DNA of 64,000 nt from the human T2T-CHM13v2.0 reference genome, Homo sapiens: assembly GCF_009914755.1 (NCBI RefSeq), contig NC_060926.1, one strand, 5' to 3'. The position numbers and the translations under genes were made by a program. Shown here piece by piece: positions 58,319-64,000 of this stretch; the first letter of the stretch is position 1; the number at the start of each line of letters is the position of its first letter. The notes under the pieces were generated by a model that saw only the letters and a program-made list of their open reading frames with translations, was not told where the DNA came from and did not search any database.

Positions 58319-60078
58319 TATTCCAGGAGAACCATTATAAGGTTATGTGACTACAGCTATTCTTTTTACAAAATTACATTAGTTCTTCTTATGGAAACAA
58401 TTGCTTGTTACTTATGGGTTCATAGTTACCAAAGTCTTTCAATATGCCTCCTATGATGGATTTTTTAAAAGGCAATGAAATACAAAAATACAAATACATC
58501 CCACTGGAAAAACTGCTTATCTGACTCAGGTAATTAGTCTTTCAAGAAAATTATGGTCCTATACCAAACTTTCAAGAGATCTATTTTTAAACTCCCAATG
58601 ACAGTCAGTGTGTGTTTGGATAAATGTTTTCATGATGTTGATACCATCTCAAATTCGGGTAAAATAATCAGATAGCTATTGGACATTTTATTGGACCCAA
58701 ATATTTGACTAAAATATCTCGTTTCCATATGAATATTTACTCTTAACAATCTGTGGCCTTCATTTTGTTAGGTTTGTAGTGCTTTGAAATATATTCATTA
58801 ATTCACTGAGTTTTTACTGTAAAATATATTTTACCTTCCTTAGATCACTTCTGTTCTAAATAACTATGAAGAGGTAAACTATTTTATTGCCCTACTATTT
58901 ATTTTGAAGTTGAATATCATATAAAGATATCATTTATTCATGCATGAGTGCATTTTGTAACTTTTCTTACATTGTGAAAAATAATTTTATAAAACAAACA
59001 TAGTCTTATTAAATAAATGCTACTGCTCTGAAAATTATAATGAAATATGTATATGCACTATGTAGCAGAAGAGAGTCTATTCTGCCAGTCCTTTAAAGCA
59101 TTATTTGATATAAACCAGAAGAACTAAAATGTTGTCAGGCTTTTTCAATGAAAATGTGATTTCAGTGCTCAGCCAACTTGTTTTACCAATAATTTTCTTC
59201 TTGAGCCACCAAATGTTTATGAACAAGTCAGCTGGAAGAGTTGAAAGGTTCTGAAATCTGCCAAAGCATGTCAGTTGTTTTATGTTTAAATTCCCTAAAG
59301 AAAAGAAAAGTAGGGTATAATACAGAAAATATCATCTGCTATCTTTTCTCCCCAGGGCAATGGCTCTGCATTGCCATCAGTGAAACGGCCCATCCTTTAC
59401 TTTGTTTGACTGGCACCTTGTGACTTTCACGTCAGTGGAGTTGTGAGATCTTTAATGTGCATAGCTCAGACTGTGTATGTTGGCATTACTGCAGGAAGAA
59501 ATTGAGATATCTTAACAGAAGTAATTGTATACCTGTATTGTTGGCTACTCTGTCATAATTACTTCTGCAATTGCCAAGTTTCATGAATTTAAAGTTAGCC
59601 TATTAATTTGGCTTCTATTGTAGAGAAAAATCTAGGCTTTTCAATTATACAAAGAAAAGGAAGAAAAACTTATTTTTTCTAAATTCTTTTGTGTGTATTA
59701 CAAATAGCAGAATCGTGTTGTATTGTTAGCTGAAATTTCACCTTCTAAAGATTTCATTTCTGTCTCTGCCTTAAAATAAAATAAAAAATAATAAGTCATT
59801 GGCTCAAATTACATAGTTTTGGGTGTTACTGGATTGGAGGGAAAACTCATTTAACATTTTATGTGTGTATGTGCATATACGTATGTGTCTGTGTATCCCA
59901 TAGTTATATAAATTATGTTTATTATATCTTTTCAAATTATCAAGAGGAATAACCTCAACTAATGACAAGGCTGAATGGAAAACCATTTTCACACCTTTAA
60001 ATACTAAAGCAATAAGAACTACCTCAAAAAATTTGTGACCAGAAATTCCATCTGAGCTGTTTTAATAAATACGTATAG

Positions 60079-60366
60079 GGCCGGGAGCGGTGGCTCACAC
60101 CTATAATCCCAGCACTTTGGGAGGCCGAGGCGGGCAGATCACGAGGTCAGGAGATTGAGACCATCCTGGCTAACACGGTGAAACCCCGTCTCTACTAAAA
60201 AATACAAAAAAATTAGCCAGGCGTGGTGGCAGGCGCCTGTAGTCCGAACTACTCAGGAGGCTGAGGCAGGAGAATGGCATGAACCCGGGAGGCGGAGCTT
60301 GCAGTGAGCCGAGATGACACCACTGCACTCCAGCCTGGGTGACAGAGTGAGACTCCGTCTCAAGAA
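60079..60366 (+). mobile_element. AluY followed by (ATAC)11
   Basis: AluY diagnostics; ATAC array at 60367-60410. Confidence 0.95.
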
Positions 60367-60383
60367 ATACATACATACATACA

Positions 60384-60415
<32 letters not shown>

Positions 60416-63280
60416 GGTTGTATATGAAAAGCATATACATTTGGCTGTGACATGGCCTGGAATTTATGTACAGGAGGCTAAAGGACTCATCTGATAATCC
60501 TCATTCTACTGGTTTGCTTGACAAGTCTCTTCTATACTGCCTGTTCACACTCCATTATCAATGCAGAGAATAAATGCCACCAACTCCCCCAAATTCTTTT
60601 AGAAATAAGCAAGATATAGCTAAATAACTAAATATTTAGCTCAGCCCAAGTTAACGCTGCAACAAATTTGAATTAATTGAATATTGTATATCTCATTTCC
60701 TATTTGTTAAACGTTTTACACTTGACAAAGTGCTTTTGTATGAAAATGCCCTCCATACTAAGGGGCACATTTTACATTTTCTTTGATATTTTCTGTAGCC
60801 ATACAGTTTTAAAAGATTTCTCATTATTTCATGGATTTGAATATTTTTGAACCAGCACTAATGTTGGACACTATGAAACTGTGAGGTCAAAAACTGACAT
60901 ATAAAAAATTTAAAGAGAATTTTTAATGATAAAAGTGTGCATTTTACTGAAATCAGTATTGCTCAAAACATTTCTTCCTAGCTGTGTAGAGGACAAGCAA
61001 ATTAATATTAGGGTCATCTTAGTTTTGAAGGTATTGCATTTAAATATATTAGGGTAACTAAAAACTTTACCATGTGGCATCGTTGCATATGACTAATAGT
61101 GAGGTTTGAATGCAAACAGACATTCCTGAATGTAAATGTGTAGGCTGTCTCACACCTAAGATAGTAAATATTCATGTTGTAAAAATGGGCACTGGTGAAT
61201 GGAGCTAGAGTTAAATCAGACATTTGTCACTTTAAGGGAGAGGCTTTGTGGGCAGCTTAAATTATGCCTGAGAATATTTAGATGCCTAAATATACACTAA
61301 TTATCCACAGGGATGTTTAAATTACACCATGAAGCATTTTAGCAATTAAAAGTTTCCTGCAGATTTGAATCACATTAACACTAATAGAGATAGATGGCCA
61401 TCTAATGGAGAAATAAAGGCAGAAGCTGTATGGAAAAGACTAGAGGTGTCCAGTTTAATGTATTTTCATATCAGAGAATAAACAACTCATGGAGAAAGTA
61501 CAAGCTGATGGAAGATGGCTTGTAAAATTTGAATTGGTGAGTGATAAATGAAGTTTCTGGCCTGGTCAGATCTTGAATTCTATACTTGGACCATTGACTG
61601 TTGCAAAGGTACAACACAATGAGATAAGAATTGCAGAGACACACTTGTATCATTTTGGTAGCATAAAAAAGAGATTAAGGCATACACAGAAATTAAGGTA
61701 TACAACAGTAATGTTTCTATAGAGATTATATTGCCAATGAAAAACTCAGAGAAGTCTGTATGATGAATTCACTAGGCCAGCAGTCTTTTTATTTAACTAT
61801 GAGTCACCTAAATACCACTTTAATTCCAGGTCAATTGATGTTGTCATTAGTTCTTTTAATATCTATAAAACAAATATCCATTATAAAACATGGACAAATA
61901 TGTGGACCACCTTTATGAACATGATTGATACTAGTTGGCTTGGTTTCAGCAATAGTTAGTTGAGGGGGTCAGCTATCCAGATAAATTTGATATGATGTCA
62001 AAGCTATAAGACTTGACAGTTTCATATCTAATCTATTATCTACTAGCAAAGACATGAAAAAGTGTTGTATAATCAAAAAAAAGACTATATCTTAGGTTGG
62101 AATGGATCAGAAAAATACCCTCTGGCCAAAATTTCCATTTGCAACAGAAAGTGAAAAGCCCTTTCTGCATTCTACACTCTTTGCAGTGCATTGTTAAATG
62201 GTATAATGATAGAGGAATGGGTGGAAATGCATCTTAATGAGCATGTCCTCTGGCAGACAGTGAGTTGAACATGTGGCAACAAATTGATTTAAGAAGGCCC
62301 TTTTGAAAAAATTAAATAAAAATAAGAAGGAAATCACTTTTAACTAAAGGGGAACTATAAAACAAGTCATTCAACCCTAAGGGTGCATTGTGTCTTTAGA
62401 TGTCATCCAGTAAAATGTCTTAATTACCTGTTAGGAAAATTGAATTTATGACCTATTGGACAATCTGAAGTGGTTGGTATAGTACTTTAGTTAACCAGGT
62501 AGAAGTAAGCTCTCTTATAATAAGATTAATTTTCACTATACTGTTTTGTTTGATGTGGCTGATTTCTCTGGGATTTGTGTGTGTGTGTTTCTATTCAATG
62601 TAAAGAGATAAAACTCCTATTTTCTATAAGAGCTTATCTTATAGATACTCTTATATTTGCATGGGCATCACAATTTGTGGAACATTTTTATTTTACATAA
62701 ATGTGCAGAGTATAATAAAAAAAATCACTTGCTTATGAAGGAGATAGTGCCAGTTCATAAATTGTGCCTGTTGTAATCCACTAGAGATTAAGTGACCTTA
62801 AAGTGTTTTCTTTTTATTTTTTCATTTTTGAATGAAGTCCCCACATACAAACTACAGTGTAATTTCTATTATTTGAAACATCAGCTTGGTCGGTTCTATA
62901 AAGGTTGATATAAAAATGCTTTGACAGTCTCTAAACCTAATTTACCATGTGGGGCTCTTTTGTTCTTCTGCAGACAGTAAAGAACAGAATAAATTAAAAA
63001 TCACTGGGAGTAAATTCACTAACTCTTTGAGGCTATGTGATCTCTGGCAGCAATGCTTAAAACATAGATTAATTTTGACATAAGATTGATACTGAGTGTC
63101 AGAGAGTGAGGGTGGGGAAGCATAGTTTGCCTCTGGTGACTCTTTCAGGAGTTGCTTTCCCGTGTGTTACTAAGACATCTTAGACACTGTCCACAATGGG
63201 GCTTATCATATACTATTGTCGTTATTTGCCTGCCTTGAATCATTGAAGGCAGGAATTCTTTCTTTGTATTTTTAGGTCTA

Positions 63281-63880
63281 CAGCAGTATTTTTCAATCTT
63301 GGGATCATTGACTCTTTGAACCAGATAATTCTTTGTGGTGGAAAACTGTTTCATGCATTATAGTATGTTTAACAGCATATCTGGTCTCTACCCAATAGAA
63401 GTCAGAAAAACCTCCTCCCCCATTCATGTCATATTAGTCTGTTTTCATGCTGCTAATAAAGACATACCCAAGACTGGGTAATTTATAAAGAAATAGAGGT
63501 TTAATGGACTTACAGTTCCACGTGGCTGAGGAGGCCTCATAATCATGATGGAAGGGGAAAGGTGCGTCTTACATGGTGCCAGACAAGAGAGAATGAAAAC
63601 CAAGCAAAAAGGGAACCCCTTGTAAAACTATCAGATCTCGTGAGACTTATGACTTACCATGAGAACAGTATGGGGGAAACCACTTCCATAATTCAATTAT
63701 ATTCCACTGGGTCCCTCCCACAACATGTGGGAATTATCCGGGGCTACAATTCAAGATGAGATTTAGGTGGAGACACAGCCAAACCATATCACATGTCAAT
63801 CAAAAATGTCTCCACACATTGCCAATGTTCCCAGAGGGAAGAGCTCTATGTCTGGCACACAATTGACATTTCATAAACAT
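63281..63880. mobile_element. MER3-like hAT MITE split by THE1
   Basis: ccagataattctttgtgg...tgtttaacagcatatctggtctctaccc; resumes caatcaaaaatgtctccacacattgcc. Confidence 0.75.
63430..63791 (-). mobile_element. THE1 (B/C-like) solo LTR
   Basis: attagtctgttttcatgctgctaataaagacataccc...cagccaaaccatatca; perfect 5-bp TSD CATGT at 63425-63429 and 63792-63796. Confidence 0.95.
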
Positions 63881-64000
63881 TTCCTTAAGATATACATGCA
63901 GCTATTGCTGCAGCATAAAACAGTAACACCTTTATCAGAAAATCCATAAGGCTGTTCTTACCTAATTCTGAATTAAATTCGGGTAATTTTTCCTTCTTCT

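Overview
AT-rich, non-coding primate (human-like) genomic DNA with no CpG island. No intact protein-coding gene, tRNA, rRNA or CRISPR array is supported; most short ORFs in the track are Alu, L1 or low-complexity noise. The window holds about 20 Alu copies or fragments, the 5' end of an L1PA (1-1070, minus strand), a full-length decayed L1PA (28152-35020, minus strand), a two-LTR MST element, solo MLT1/MST/THE1 LTRs, and MER/L2/L3/MIR relics. I found no evidence of a new multi-gene system. The notable signals are retrotransposition and repair scars: (1) a 5'-inverted, twin-primed Alu; (2) an Alu plus about 150 bp of extra sequence inside one TSD pair; (3) a 1.65 kb TSD-flanked retrocopy of a 3'UTR-like RNA carrying an RSL24D1 pseudogene fragment; (4) a locally duplicated Alu arm with hairpin filler; (5) templated insertions; (6) a 46-bp near-perfect inverted repeat in unique DNA. 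All subfamily names come from recalled consensus motifs, not from a search.
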